DNA of 60,393 bases, filler included, from Dugesia japonica (taxonomy: Eukaryota): the NCBI GenBank assembly GCA_001938525.1. It is 5 parts of 5 records of this genome, joined end to end, with 100 filler letters (N's around TTAATTAATTAA, not from the genome) between each part and the next. Parts side by side here need not be neighbours in the genome. Positions count along the whole stretch, not along the records: positions 1 to 18,563 come from MQRL01610115.1; 4 more parts are not named here. One strand, 5' to 3'. Made by a program: the position numbers and the translations under genes. The first letter of the stretch is position 1. Every line of letters starts with the position of its first letter. A model generated the notes under the pieces. The model saw only the letters and a list, made by a program, of their open reading frames with translations. It did not search any database and was not told the DNA's origin. Below, piece after piece: positions 1 to 12,850 of the stretch.

Positions 1-35
1 AAAGAAAAAACGCAATTTTTTAAAACTTTTATTTG

Positions 36-80
36 TAATAAATGTTTTGGACAAATCTATGTCCATCGTCAGTTACTGTT
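36..80 (-). ncRNA. Degenerate minimal hammerhead ribozyme motif in the PLE 3' repeat
   Basis: Reverse complement reads CTGACGA-T-GGAC-atagattt-GTCC-AAAAC (GAAA core mutated to AAAA), directly downstream of the GIY-YIG end. Confidence 0.55.
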
Positions 81-1950
81 GTAAAATAAGAAGAAAATTG
101 TTTATATACTGGCCAATAACACTTGTTACGTAATCAATCCAATAAAATAAGATTAAAATAAATTTAAAAGTATATGTGCGTCAATTTGAGTATTAAGAAT
201 TGGAATATGCAAACCAATTTTCAAAGACTCGCAAGCAATTCTTTTAAAATAATTACCAAAACCGCTGTTCAAAACTGTAAACTTATCAATGCTTATTTTG
301 CCTTTTCTATTTTTTCAGCAACAGGCATAATCTAAAACCAAACTTTTCCTACTCAATTGCATATTCTCGCTAACACGTGGGCAAAGATGACGCATTTTTT
401 CTCCAATTTACGTGGCATCACACTCGTTACAATTACATTTATAAATAAGATTAGCGAGCAAAGCTTTTGATGTAGTAGATTTGTTGTTTAAATAACTTGA
501 AGTTTTTTTTGAAGTGAAAATTAATCCAAATTTATTATCATCAGAATATTTCATGGGGGAGCATTTTAATGATTTAGATCCTTCCGAGAATGGTAGTTTT
601 ATAGTTATTTTTTCTTAATTATTTTTAATGCTCTCGTCTTGGTCATTATTTGATGCTGAGGACAGTTTGGTTAGAGTACTCATTATATTATTAAAAATCA
701 TTTTTGATTATATCCATTACTTTGAAATCTATTATCTTATCTGTTAAGGCCATCATCAGCAATCTCAAAGCTTGATGATATAACTTCACTCAATGAACCA
801 AACCTTTTATTAATCCATTGTTTTATTGATCATCACAAAACATTTTAAAAGTAGTGTATAGTCTTTTGATTGTTTGTATTTTATAAAATGAAGTATTATA
901 GTTGTGACCATTTCAACAAACAAGAACATCTTAGAATGATAGTTTACCTTCTTTTTCAAATTCTCTAGTGAATTTCATATTTTGATGAAGATTGTTCATA
1001 TATTCAAGGAAAGCTAGTATATATTATTGGTCTTTAGAAATAAGGAAGATATTATTTTAGTATCTTTTGTATTCTATTGGTTGATTACCAGTAAACGTAG
1101 TAATTCGTGACTCAATATTTAACAAAAATAATGATGCTAATGCTGGTACCAACAATATCTTATTGAGTGAACCAATCATTATGAAATAATAAAATTAGCA
1201 TCTTTACTGCAAAATGACATCAATTCCTTCATAGCTGTTTCATTAAACTTATAGTTTATATCTGATATGCTCATAGATCAACACAGATGGTCTCATTTAT
1301 AGGAACGTTTGTGAACAAACTAACTATATCAAATGAAAACATAATTTCCTTATCTGAGATCAGTTATTTACGAATTCAAAAGTATCCTTACATTCTATAT
1401 CATTACATATTAATGGCTTAAGCATTTTTTCAAGTAATTTAGCAACTTTCTATTGCCTTGTGTTTATTATTGATAACGCCGGTCTTAAAGAAATGTCAGG
1501 TTTATGTATTATTGGTACGCCATAAAGCTTTGCGGGTTGACTTCCATAGCATAAAATGGAATTTAAAATTAAACTACCTTCGTGATTTCCATTTTTTAAT
1601 TTATCTAAAATTTTTAATAATGGATTTTAATTGGATAAATATTTTATTGTAAATTCGACAATGTCGACTTAGCACTCACTGATGAGTTGTTGCAAAATAA
1701 ACGTAGTCTTAATTTGTCGCTCATTAAAAAGAGCTTTGATGATAGTATGGCCCTGAAGTTTTAATTGGGTTCAAATCCAAACAACGGGCCAACCAATCGA
1801 TAAGATTAATTGGTTTTGATAGACTTTGACCCACGAAAAACAAGTATATGAGCGTTATCTTGCTGATAATGGAAACTAATTCCGACAATGTTTTCTAAAC
1901 TTGAATGTAGAGCCTTTTCTAACAATTTTATTTATGAAATTTAAGTTCAT
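36..1950 (-). mobile_element. Degenerate Penelope-like retroelement (RT + GIY-YIG endonuclease), 3' part
   Basis: Minus-strand manual translation gives LYGVPIIHKPDISLRPALS (~1470-1530), EIMFSFDIVSLFTNVPI (~1300-1350) and ANLIYKCNCNECDAT*IGEKMRHLCPRVSE (~365-460), the PLE RT and GIY-YIG motifs. Contains many stops and frameshifts. Boundaries approximate. Confidence 0.88.
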
Positions 1951-3000
1951 TGTGTTTGTATTGTGTATATTACCAACTTTTCATAGTCACTACAAGCACT
2001 CCAGACCATCACATTACCCTCACCAAAATATTGTGTAATCAAATATATATATATTTATAATAATAATAATAATAATATGTTAATAAAATAATATTTTAAT
2101 AATAATAATAATAATATTTAAATCAATTCTTTAAATATTTTATAATAAATAAATTTTCATAAATATTGAATAAGAATAAAAAAATAATCGAAAATAAATA
2201 ATTGTTTATTAAAATTTTATTTGTTTAAACCAATTTCAAAAATTAGATCACAAACATGTAATACAATTATTTATCTCTCGATCCAATTAAAATAAATAAG
2301 CTTTATAACAAGAATTCTCTTTGTTCAGTCAGTGCACATTTGCTTTTGGTAGTTCAATTTTTTGTTAAAATCCGTGAAAATTATTTAAGTTTAATTCCAC
2401 TTTCGATTTTTGATTTGAGAAATTTAATATTCTCTTGTTTTTGTTTTACTAATTCTTAAATGTTGGTTATTTGAATGATGTTGTGAATGTTTTAAATTTC
2501 ATTTATAAGAATAACAATTACATGTAAAATACTAAGACACGAAAATATCAACATCAAAATATCAATTGGTAAATCAAACAAAATAACAAACAATTTTATT
2601 AAGTATTAATTTAATAAAATTTATTAATTACTAATTAAAAAGTATTTTATTGTTTTATTTGACATTCGTGTTATTGATTTTTTTTATCTATGAGGAGAGT
2701 TATAATTTTTTTTAATTACTTAATATTAANNNNNNNNNNNNNNNNNNNNNNNNNNNNNNNNNNNNNNNNNNNNNNNNNNNNNNNNNNNNNNNNNNNNNNN
2801 NNNNNNNNNNNNNNNNNNNNNNNNNNNNNNNNNNNNNNNNNNNNNNNNNNNNNNNNNNNNNNNNNNNNNNNNNNNNNNNNNNNNNNNNNNNNNNNNNNNN
2901 NNNNNNNNNNNNNNNNNNNNNNNNNNNNNNNNNNNNNNNNNNNNNNNNNNNNNNNNNNNNNNNNNNNNNNNNNNNNNAGAAGCCACCAAAATGTTTTTTA

Positions 3001-3155
3001 ATTGAAAGTCAATCTCTGACGAAGACAAAGTCGAAATATAGAATTATTAACAAAAACCTAAAAAACAAATTTTGATCGAAGATTTTATTTTAAATTAATT
3101 CTGAAAAACGATAAATGGTTATGTCCAACAATTATCCTCGCAATAAATGTTATTG
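3001..3155 (+). repeat. Dispersed repeat (PLE terminal-repeat-like) containing a minimal hammerhead motif
   Basis: CTGACGA-A-GAC-aaa-GTC-GAAAT-ATA-GAATT at ~3016-3046. A paralogous copy lies at ~9475-9632 and a partial one at ~54295-54345. Confidence 0.65.
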
Positions 3156-3838
3156 TAAAATAAGAAAACCTTTTTTTAAATATAAATATTTGTTTTGATT
3201 TTAATTATATCTATGATACAAAAGTAAATAAATAGAAAAAATCCATACATTTGACAATGTAATCTACAAAATAATGATTTTCTTTTAGTAGTTGAATTGT
3301 ATTATTAATAATTAAGATTTTAAGAAAATAATTTCCAATTTGTAATATTCAAAAAAAACGTTTTCATTGAAAAACAATTTATCTTAGACAATATTAATTA
3401 ATATATTCTTTTGAAAATAAAAAGAAATTTGTTTTAATAATATAATACTAAAATACCTCAATAAATAACGTTTACTTCTTTAATTATTTCATAAATGGAA
3501 ATGGCCAAATTGAAAAAAACGCATTATTCAAATATTAAAAAAATATTTCTTTATAATTTTATTTTATTATTTGTTAGCCGCTGCTATATTTTCTCCACTT
3601 TCTATCTATATATATTTATTAATAAGTTATATGTAAATCCAGTCAAATCTTTATTCTAATACAAAATAGCAATATTTAAACAATTAATTGTTTTAATTAT
3701 TTTCTTTTTTTATTTAAAATTTATTCAATTAAACTTTTCATAAAATTTTTATGTTGGATATTAAAACATTCTAACATTAGTAATTCAACATTAATTTATT
3801 GGCATAATAATTATTCATAGTCATTTATATTCATATTC

Positions 3839-3841
<3 letters not shown>

Positions 3842-3904
<63 letters not shown>

Positions 3905-3954
3905 NNNNNNNNNNNNNNNNNNNNNNNNNNNNNNNNNNNNNNNNNNNNNNNNNN

Positions 3955-4019
<65 letters not shown>
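3842..4019. repeat. (ATT)n microsatellite spanning an N gap
   Basis: Direct observation. Confidence 0.95.
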
Positions 4020-4023
<4 letters not shown>

Positions 4024-4647
4024 CTATATATAAAAGAGAAATATAATAAATAAGAAAACTTGGAATAAATGAAAACAAATGAAATAAAGAATGTTAATTA
4101 CTTCATTAATTAAATTTCTTTAATCAAATTTAATTATAGAAAAACAAACACAGTTTATACTGTTGAGTTTCCTAAGGAAAAATGAAAAAATCAAATTAAT
4201 TCATTTAATTATCTAATGAAACTATTTGCCGGAAATTGTCAGGTTAAATCATAAAGTTAGACCATTACTGACAAATCGTCAAAGAAAATTCATTAAATTA
4301 TAGAGTGAATTTAGAGAATAATTTTTTAACAAAACTGACAATCAATAATCAGAAACTGTACAGGTCAAGCGGTAATTTGTACAAAACTTTATGAAAACAG
4401 TCGGATAATTTTATTGATAAATATATGCTTTTTAATATCTAAAAATAAATGTTTCGTAATACTGGAATAAACAGTCTACTATTAATAGTTCAATCACAGA
4501 GAAATTGTAGTTCTGATTCTGGAGTTGATTGTTTTTTTGAAATGCAGAAAATATTAAATTTGAAGTAGCTTTGCTTACTATTTGAAGAATTAAACATTAT
4601 TATCATTATTATTAAAAAATTAATAACGTCATTTAAAATAAACTTTA

Positions 4648-4692
4648 GTGTTATATATTTCGACGAATCAACCGTCATCATCAGACATAAAT
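4648..4692 (-). ncRNA. Minimal hammerhead ribozyme motif (PLE-associated)
   Basis: Reverse complement: CTGATGA-T-GACG-gttgatt-CGTC-GAAAT-ATA. Catalytic core and stem II intact, stem I poor. It lies inverted just upstream of the PLE fragment at 4980-5675. Confidence 0.65.
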
Positions 4693-4979
4693 GAAAAAAT
4701 GAGTTTATTTAGTCTGTATTAGGTAAACAAAGATTCAAGCAATTATACTAAATGTAAGATGGCTATAATTCCTAATTTTAACAATTTTTCAATAAACGTT
4801 TTTTCACTTTAAAAATATTTTATTAAAATTACTGTTTTACACCTATAAAATCAAAGACGTTTTTCAAAATTATAAAAAAAAATTTATTTTAAATTATATT
4901 AAAAGTTTTACTTCAAAGTTTTTTCTTTAAAATATTTTGAAAACCTATAAAATAATAAAAAAATTGAATAATAATAAGT

Positions 4980-5675
4980 TCTTGGTCATTGTCCTCAACT
5001 TATTCTGCATATATTAAAAGCATTGAACATTTATTAAAGTTGCTGCAAGCAAATGTATATAATAAGCAATTTTTAAGTTCATTGACTTCTCAGACAATTG
5101 ATAAAATATTGTTTGGTAATAATATTGATTTCGACAAAAAGATTGAAACTGTGTTGAATAATCCTGAATGTGTTAACACTTTATCAAACTGTATTGTGTC
5201 ATTTGTTTAATCGATTCCTTATTTTGAAGCTTTCAAAAAGTTTAAGAATTCTATTCTGAAAGCTGCTAATGATCTCCCTTTATTGAGAATGGTTTCTACT
5301 TCACATAAGATTATTTATAAATTTATTAATAAATCACATACATCAATTGGTTTGTGTTCTAATCTTGTTTATCAATTTCAATGTAATGAGTGTGATGCTA
5401 CATACTTTGGAGAGATTGCTTGTCATATCTGTACAAGAGTTTAAGAGCATAATCATTTCGGTGGTGGTAGTAATATTGCTGTGCATAAAACTAAAAATAA
5501 AAGTAAATGTAATGCGAATGTGGAAATTTCAAATGGTAAAATTGTATCTAAGCAATTTAAAAATACCTGGAAGAGTGCTGTATGAAGCGTTAATGATTAG
5601 AATTCATAATCAAAGCAATAATATACAGGCAGCTCATTCTACTAAATTAATTAAAAAATTTTCAATTTTTTATTA
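4980..5675 (+). mobile_element. 5'-truncated Penelope-like element (RT thumb/linker + GIY-YIG), degenerate
   Basis: GLCSNLVYQFQCNECDATYFGEIACHICTRV*EH at ~5348-5450 and RVLYEALMIRIHN near the end. Confidence 0.85.
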
Positions 5676-5695
5676 AACATTTGCCATCGTTTTTA

Positions 5696-5744
<49 letters not shown>

Positions 5745-5870
5745 NNNNNNNNNNNNNNNNNNNNNNNNNNNNNNNNNNNNNNNNNNNNNNNNNNTTATTA
5801 TTATTATTATTATTATTGTTATTATTATTATAATTATTATTATTATAATTATTATTATTATTATTATTGA
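5696..5870. repeat. (ATT)n microsatellite
   Basis: Direct observation; explains the poly-Ile/Asn ORF 5673..5975. Confidence 0.95.
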
Positions 5871-6039
5871 TAATAATATTAAAATATATATGATGTCTGA
5901 TAATAAAATTTTTTTAAATTTCTCCCAAAATAACAATAATACTTTCTGTAAATTTGTTGAAACCTCTGACTCCATATCTACTTTCGAATCACTGGGAAAG
6001 TAAATTTTTATATGTAAAAAATTCTTAGATCTTCTTTCG

Positions 6040-6620
6040 TCTCAATACCCCAATGACATTGAAAAAAATAATATTAAATGTGATAATATGCATACCTCTA
6101 TTCCAATTGCATGTACTGGCAAGAAGGACATCGTCAATAGTAACGTTATATTCGGGGTTATAGTATTTTGGTAAAAGAACAATCCATATATCCCAGAATT
6201 ATCTGATGACAGCTAATTTGTCAATAACGTTCTTCCGATCTGAGCGCTTATCAAATGGTAATATATTCAAAATTGGCTTAAATTGTGTGAGAGACATTGT
6301 TGCTCTGAATATTGCCCTGCCATATTTTGCATCCTACAAACTATTTGTTGCCTCATTATTTGATCTGAGAATGAGCAAATCAAGAAATGCATCTAACTCA
6401 GCAAGGTTGATATCAGTCCAATTATATTTGCATCGGCGTTTTCCCTCGAAATTTGAATATTGAATAATAACTTTAATATTTTCAGTTATACGCAGATCAA
6501 AGCCGCTTTCCTTCGTATCTATTTGAGATTTAGCATATCTGTTATTCCTGGAATATTACGTATTATATTTCTTTTTCTAGCTCTTCCAGAATTATTATTT
6601 TGTGGACTCTTTGACCAAGC
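6040..6620 (-). mobile_element. piggyBac-type (PGBD-like) transposase remnant
   Basis: Minus strand: IFRATMSLTQFKPILNILPFDKRSDRKNVIDKLAVIR*FWDIWIVLLPKYYNPEYNVTIDD, matching the piggyBac FxATMS..RF..LRFD..DKLAxIR..W..LP.YNP..VTVDE block. Confidence 0.8.
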
Positions 6621-6779
6621 AAAGGTTTAATTTTTTGAAAGTACAACACTGTCGTGAATAACATTACTCGCAATAATATCACTATCCCTACTATTAGTAG
6701 TAGTTTGTTTAGTATTATTTTTGTATTTTTTTTGTATTACTCTAAAATATTACTGATAATTTAATTGCGCAAAATGATC

Positions 6780-8060
6780 CATTGCCTGTAGACAACATTT
6801 CATTTAAACATTTTAAAAATATTTCTTGTGTGTTATCCTGATACTAGTCTTTGGTGTTTATTTGTAAACTTTGAATATAATTTCAAAAAATTTTGAATTT
6901 ACCTGATCATTTTGAAATTGCTTATTTATATACAGCAAAGCAAGTTGGGAGCCTAGTGTATTGATCTTCTTGATGATTACCATTGTCAAAGTATTGTACA
7001 ATTCTTTAGATTATTTACTACTGATTGTGACTATACTAAGACAATTAATCACGAGTCTCTTAGAATTGATGCTTTATCACTATTAGGGATAAAGATACCG
7101 ACTTTATCTCAAGGTTTGACTGGATTAATCATAAAGCTATTAAAAATTTTAAAGAGACAAAAATACTATTTATGTGTTTTTGAATTGCAATTTAATACTT
7201 TAAACAAATTCATGATATAACCATTACATTTGTAGTTGAAATAACTGGGACACTATTACGTAACGATATACAAAATGAAACGGTTACTGTAAACAGTGAC
7301 TTCAGAAAACAAGTTGTATTTCTACTACAAAAAAATCATATCTAACTCTTACTCAATAAAGTGGTATAAAAGTAATGAAAGTAATTCTTTAGCTGATATT
7401 ATGCGTNNNNNNNNNNNNNNNNNNNNNNNNNNNNNNNNNNNNNNNNNNNNNNNNNNNNNNNNNNNNNNNNNNNNNNNNAGCACGTACAAATACATTTTCA
7501 ATAAATGCTCGACCGAATATAATTACTTCTGATGAAAGACTATGTCGACGATGTCATTATTACAATGAAACTATGCCACGTGTCCTACAAAGTTGTTATA
7601 TTAACAAATCATTAGAAACAAAGCGTCATAGAGCATGCATTGAAATAAATGTTCACTATTTAAAATCCCCTGATTTAATAATTGTAATTGATCACTCTTG
7701 TTCTTTGGTTCCAGATTCGTTAGAACGCGTTAATATTATGATTACTGATTCGGAAAATTAAAAAGTATTTCTGGTTGATGTAAAATGTCCAATTGATTCA
7801 ATTGAAGTCTTCTTAAAAATAGATAAAGGGAACAAAATGAAACAAGATGCAATTAGAAAACCTGGTTACTATGTAGAATTGTATACCTGTGTAATATAAT
7901 CTNTAGAAACTATTCGACCTGAAACTTACCAAGTCATTCAGAAAATTGGTGTACCAAAGAGTTTAATAAATAAATGTTTATTTAAATTTGCAATCTCCAA
8001 TATTCATAATTCTGTACGTATTTGGCAATTTCATGTATCAATAATATACCCGAATTTTTA
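6780..8060 (+). mobile_element. NeSL/R5-like (RLE clade) non-LTR retrotransposon, 3' part, degenerate
   Basis: INARPN..RLCRRCHYYNETMPRVLQSC..KRH (CCHC knuckle plus RH), followed by ERVNIMI..KVFLVDVKCPID (restriction-like endonuclease motif). Post-RT YLYTAKQVG segment at ~6920. Confidence 0.8.
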
Positions 8061-9474
8061 AAAAACTTTTGTATTTTTTTATGCATAATTTGAATCTTAT
8101 TTTATTTTACAATTTTCCCATTGAAAATTAAAATGAAAAATAAAATATATTCTTTTTAAAAGAAGAGAAATAAAAGATTTAATTTGTTTATTTTTTATCT
8201 TAATTCAAATGTATACAATGTGTAAAAAGAAGAATGTTGATTTTTGTCTGATTGATTATAATGATGTAGTTTCTACAAATTTGATCAATCCGATTGAGAC
8301 TTTAATGAATTATAGATATTGTGAAAAGTCACTTCAATAATTGCAGATCAACGATTTCAAGAATGACTTCGTCAAGTTGGGAAATTAGGAAAATTGAATC
8401 ATTTTTTAGAAAATCAAATCAGAATAATTAAAAATTGCAAGCAGAATTGATCTCCTAAGAAAAGATGAGAAGCTTTATTTCATAAATAAATCTTTTAGTA
8501 GTATTAGCATTACTAAGTTTTAGTACCCTTATTAGTGTTGAGTGAATTAGAATNATATCAGACAGTACCGTTTAAATATAAATAAAAATTAAAATAAACG
8601 TTTTAAATATTTAAAACGATAATTTATTTATTTATTATTAAATTATATCTTGTGAAATTTATAGATTTTTAATAGCCTAATTATAAATTATTGTTAAAGT
8701 ATGCTAATGATATTTCATTGATACTTGCGAGAAAACATAAGTTCACTTGAATAAACAATCATTATTGATCGGATAGTCCCAAATGATTTTTCAATAAAAA
8801 TTTGTATCTGCCTCATCAAATATTAAAAGCTCCTTCTGCGTACTCCCTTGTTGATCAGTGAAAATAAATTTTCCGTGTCAATATTTTTTTCAAACTAAGA
8901 TGAGAGTTAATGGATCAAAACTAAATTTGATGGATGATTGTAAATTGTTTTTTTTCATTTTTTATTCTAAAACAATTACTAAATCGCTTTAGATGTTTTT
9001 TTCTCGTTTTGAAATGTGTACCTTTTAAGTTAAAATAGATTTTTATGACAAACAATAGGAGGATGCATCAATTTTTAACTTTAGGTAATTTTCTGACCTA
9101 TTTAATTTTAATTATTTTTTAGTTACTAAATTAATTATTAACTTTAATTAAATAAATGGTTTTAGAAAAGGAATATTGTAGAGTTTGGTTTGATTTTAAT
9201 TGATTTGATTTTTAGTTTTTAAAAATAAATAAACAATAAATAATCGAATAAATATTAGTAGGTGAAAACGTACATACAAGGCCAGTTGAGAATTTTATTT
9301 TTACATAGAAGCATCACAAAATTTATAGAAATTCTATAGACGTCATTAAATATTAAATTCTTAAATTTCACTTATATCTGTTATGTAATTTATACCGGTG
9401 TTTCTCAAATCAAATTATTATTATTATTAGTAATAATAATAATAATAATTGAATTTTTCAAATATTCAAATGCA

Positions 9475-9632
9475 TATTGAAATTTCATGAACGAAGACAA
9501 GTTCTAAATATCGAATTGTTATCAAAAATCAATAAAAAAAACAAAAATTTTGATCGAAGCTTTTATTTTAAATGAATTCTGTAAAACGATCAATGGTTAT
9601 GACTAACAATTATTCTCACAATAATTGCAATT
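9475..9632 (+). repeat. Second copy of the hammerhead-containing dispersed repeat
   Basis: Aligns by eye with 3001-3155 (shared ttttgatcgaag..ttttattt..aattctg..aaacgat..aatggttatg..aacaattat.ctc.caataa). Confidence 0.75.
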
Positions 9633-10307
9633 CTAAAACAATTATAATAATAATAATTTCTTTGGAATATAGTACCATTCACAAAATATTTTTTATATTC
9701 CGGCTAATAATTATTTGAAGCCTTTTCAATTGGTCAGTTGTTTTTGAAAGTTTTAACTGCCATGGTATTTCACGAACCGTTGCAAATCTATGAACTTTCA
9801 TTTAGCTTTCATTTAGTGATAGTTTTCATTTAGTCTTCAAAATTTTCCAATGGCCGACGGTATGAATGGTATCATCAAGTTAAAAAATTTCAGAAATAAA
9901 TTTTTTATATTGGTTTCGACAAGTGCGTGATGTTACTGCCTCAGAATTTTACAAGTCACATATTTTCATATGCGAATTTCCAATTGATTTAACTTTCTTG
10001 AAATATAAGAAGTAAAATATGTCTAAAGTGTACGTTTTTACTGTCCATTTGAAAATTACGCCAAACAAAATGTTAAATCATCTAATATATTTAAACAAAG
10101 TTGACATAAGTCATTATAATTAAAAATAAATATGTCTTACAGATTGATGACTTTCACAAACACGTAACACGTTATTAAAACTATGTGCTGGTAAAAAATA
10201 CCTTAAGAAATTTCCAGGCAGCTTAATAATAATAATTTAATTAATTTTTCATTTATTCGTAGAAAATTGTTGAAAATCTTCATAAAAATAATAAGTAAAT
10301 TGCTTTA

Positions 10308-10308
<1 letters not shown>

Positions 10309-10347
<39 letters not shown>

Positions 10348-10397
10348 NNNNNNNNNNNNNNNNNNNNNNNNNNNNNNNNNNNNNNNNNNNNNNNNNN

Positions 10398-10458
<61 letters not shown>

Positions 10459-10465
10459 TTATTAA
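10309..10465. repeat. (ATT)n microsatellite
   Basis: Direct observation. Confidence 0.95.
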
Positions 10466-11094
10466 TAGTAAAAGAAAAAGTTTTAATAAAAAAAACAGGC
10501 AAATAAAAGGTTTTCTTTAATTTGTTGTTAAACATTCAAACAATTCAATTATTTGCCAGAATAGGAGACAAAGACCTATTGTTAGACCAACAATTTGTCA
10601 ATATCTTTCAGTGCTACAATTTACTCACAAATACACGTCTGGCAACGGATACTAAGTTTTCTTCTATTTTAACATTAATTGACTTTAGATTATATTTCAT
10701 ATTGGTTTAAAGAGTTAAAAAAAATTAAGACAAACATGCAATGAAGCCAAGACCATTTTACTTAAATTCCTATCAAATTATCAAACAAATACCATAAATC
10801 TTGAACGTTTGAAATTTCAGTTATTTTATATTGGAATTTTTCTTAAATTTAATTTTTATGGGAAAATACAATACGCAAAAAAATCCGATCACCTAAAATA
10901 TTATTTAGAATAGTACACATTTAGGGAGGTTAATTTCATTCCATTATCAAAATATGAGTCTTCTTCTTATATTTTATGTTAAATGAATAATCTGTTTGTT
11001 AATCTGATTCAATTCTTAAATCGAATAAATTAAATAATTAAATAAGTAATCATTTTTCTAATTTTTTAATGTAAGTTAAAATAGTTTAGACAGC

Positions 11095-11530
11095 ACAGTT
11101 AGATAAACATTCAAACAAAATAAAAGAATAATGGTCTGGGGATGCTTTGACTCACATAATGTTTGAAGCTTTTGGAGGTTAAAAGGAACAACGGACAAAT
11201 AACAATGTAGTCAAATATTAATTAAACAAATTGTACTTTCAGCAAAAATATTGTTCACAGATGGTAATTAAATTTTCTAACATGACAACGATCCATAACA
11301 CAAAGCGAAAATTATTCAGAAATATTTGGAGAAGAAAAGTACTAAAGTCAAGATTTGAATCCTATTAAAAACGTATGGAGTTTTCTGGAAAAACAAATGA
11401 CAGACAGAAATCTACAAAATGAAAAAGAATTATTTTAAATTTTATATTTTTTATGGAAAAAATTAACAACAACGTTTCCCTCGAATCTTATGTAAAGCAT
11501 GCCACGCATATGCCAAGCTGTTATTAACAA
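11095..11530 (+). mobile_element. Tc1-like DD34E transposase remnant
   Basis: RIMVWGCF..., IF*HDNDP*HKAK, SQDLNPIKNVW motifs, with stops. Confidence 0.85.
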
Positions 11531-11539
11531 TTAACAAAT

Positions 11540-12850
11540 TTGAAAATGAAAAGAACAAATGAGAAATTTGTGATTACTGGAGGGCCAGAAAAATCGAATA
11601 CATGCGATTGCAGATGTAAAAGTCAATACAAACAATTGATGGAGAAAATATATGAAAGTGATTCCGAAAGGCAGTACTCAAAGGGCGGGGCTTTACTAGT
11701 AGAGGAGTTGGTAGGAGCTATCTATTGTTAAATGAAGTGATTGATTATTCTCAAGTGGTCAAGAAGTGGTATGATATCGGGAAAGTTATAGAAAAGTATA
11801 CAAATTACTAAAGAGGGAAAATTTGAGGATGATAGAAAAATAGAATGAATTGGAACAATTAAAGCAGAACAGAAAACAACTATTTTGTACCATAAATTGT
11901 GAANCAGACCAAATGTTACGATATCAATTCAAGGAAATAAAGTTTAATGTCTATTAGATACAGTTGGTCAAATTAACTTAATGAGTTTGAGTTTTTTTAA
12001 TAAATTACAGGAACTACATTTAGAAATGAGTGTTGAAGGATTGCGGTGTACAAACTTTAAATTGTGGGAAAACTAGAACTGGTGTAAAAGAAGTTATTTT
12101 CTCAGTTACAGAATGAGTGACACCAAATCTAATTACAGGAATAGATATGCAGAAAACTTTCGGATACCACCTTGTACGAAAGGTTGATAGTAAATTGAAT
12201 AGAAAAATTTATAATTATTACTGTAATATTGAAGCAAAATTTACGAGACAAATTACAAAAGTAAATCAATATACAAAAGCTTTAAATACTTTAAAGATTA
12301 AAGACGATCAACGGTTATTGAAAAAAATAGGAAATAAAGATGTTTTTAAAGCAGATAAATGGGATTTAGGACGTACACATCTGACAAAATAATCACAGAT
12401 GGTGAACCAATCAATGTTTAGTTCAGAGACAGTTCAGAACAATTTGATATTTAATTAACTTCAGAATAAAAGTACAACAGAATTGGCAGATCTCTTACTC
12501 GAAATAGAATATACGATGAATGCAACAAAGCAAAAGACGACAGGAAAAATCCTTGCTGAGATCGTAATTGGAAAGCAAATTCACAGAGAAAATAGTACGA
12601 GTTGGAAGTTGCAAAAATAATTATAGAAAACATTTTAGAAGGGACTACTTATAAAGAATTTAAAGTAGAAGATTATGTCCTCGTCAAGGTAGAAACACTA
12701 AATAAAAGCCAAGACATATGAAGTTCCTTATCGAATAATGTAGACAATTTACGACAGAAGGTGTGTAGTACACGGAGAAAACTGATAAAAATTAGAAAAA
12801 ATTGTAGAAAACTTAGAAAGATTTTTAAGAAGGAAAAGATTGGGAAATAA
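11540..12850 (+). mobile_element. Internally deleted Ty3/gypsy remnant (gag end/protease fused to integrase C-terminus)
   Basis: CLLDTVGQINLM protease motif and NKDVFKADKWDLGRTHL, then WQ..IEYTMNATKQKTTGKxP and FKVEDYVLVKVET. Homologous to the 24547-25200 and 48998-51150 segments. Confidence 0.8.

Noticed and set aside
5673-5975. Poly-Ile/Asn/Leu ORFs (also 10267-10535)
   Set aside because: Translations of (ATT)n microsatellites and N gaps.
8700-8950. Possible transposase remnant or exon (also 14220-14350, 25592-25940)
   Set aside because: No convincing motif or consistent splice frame.
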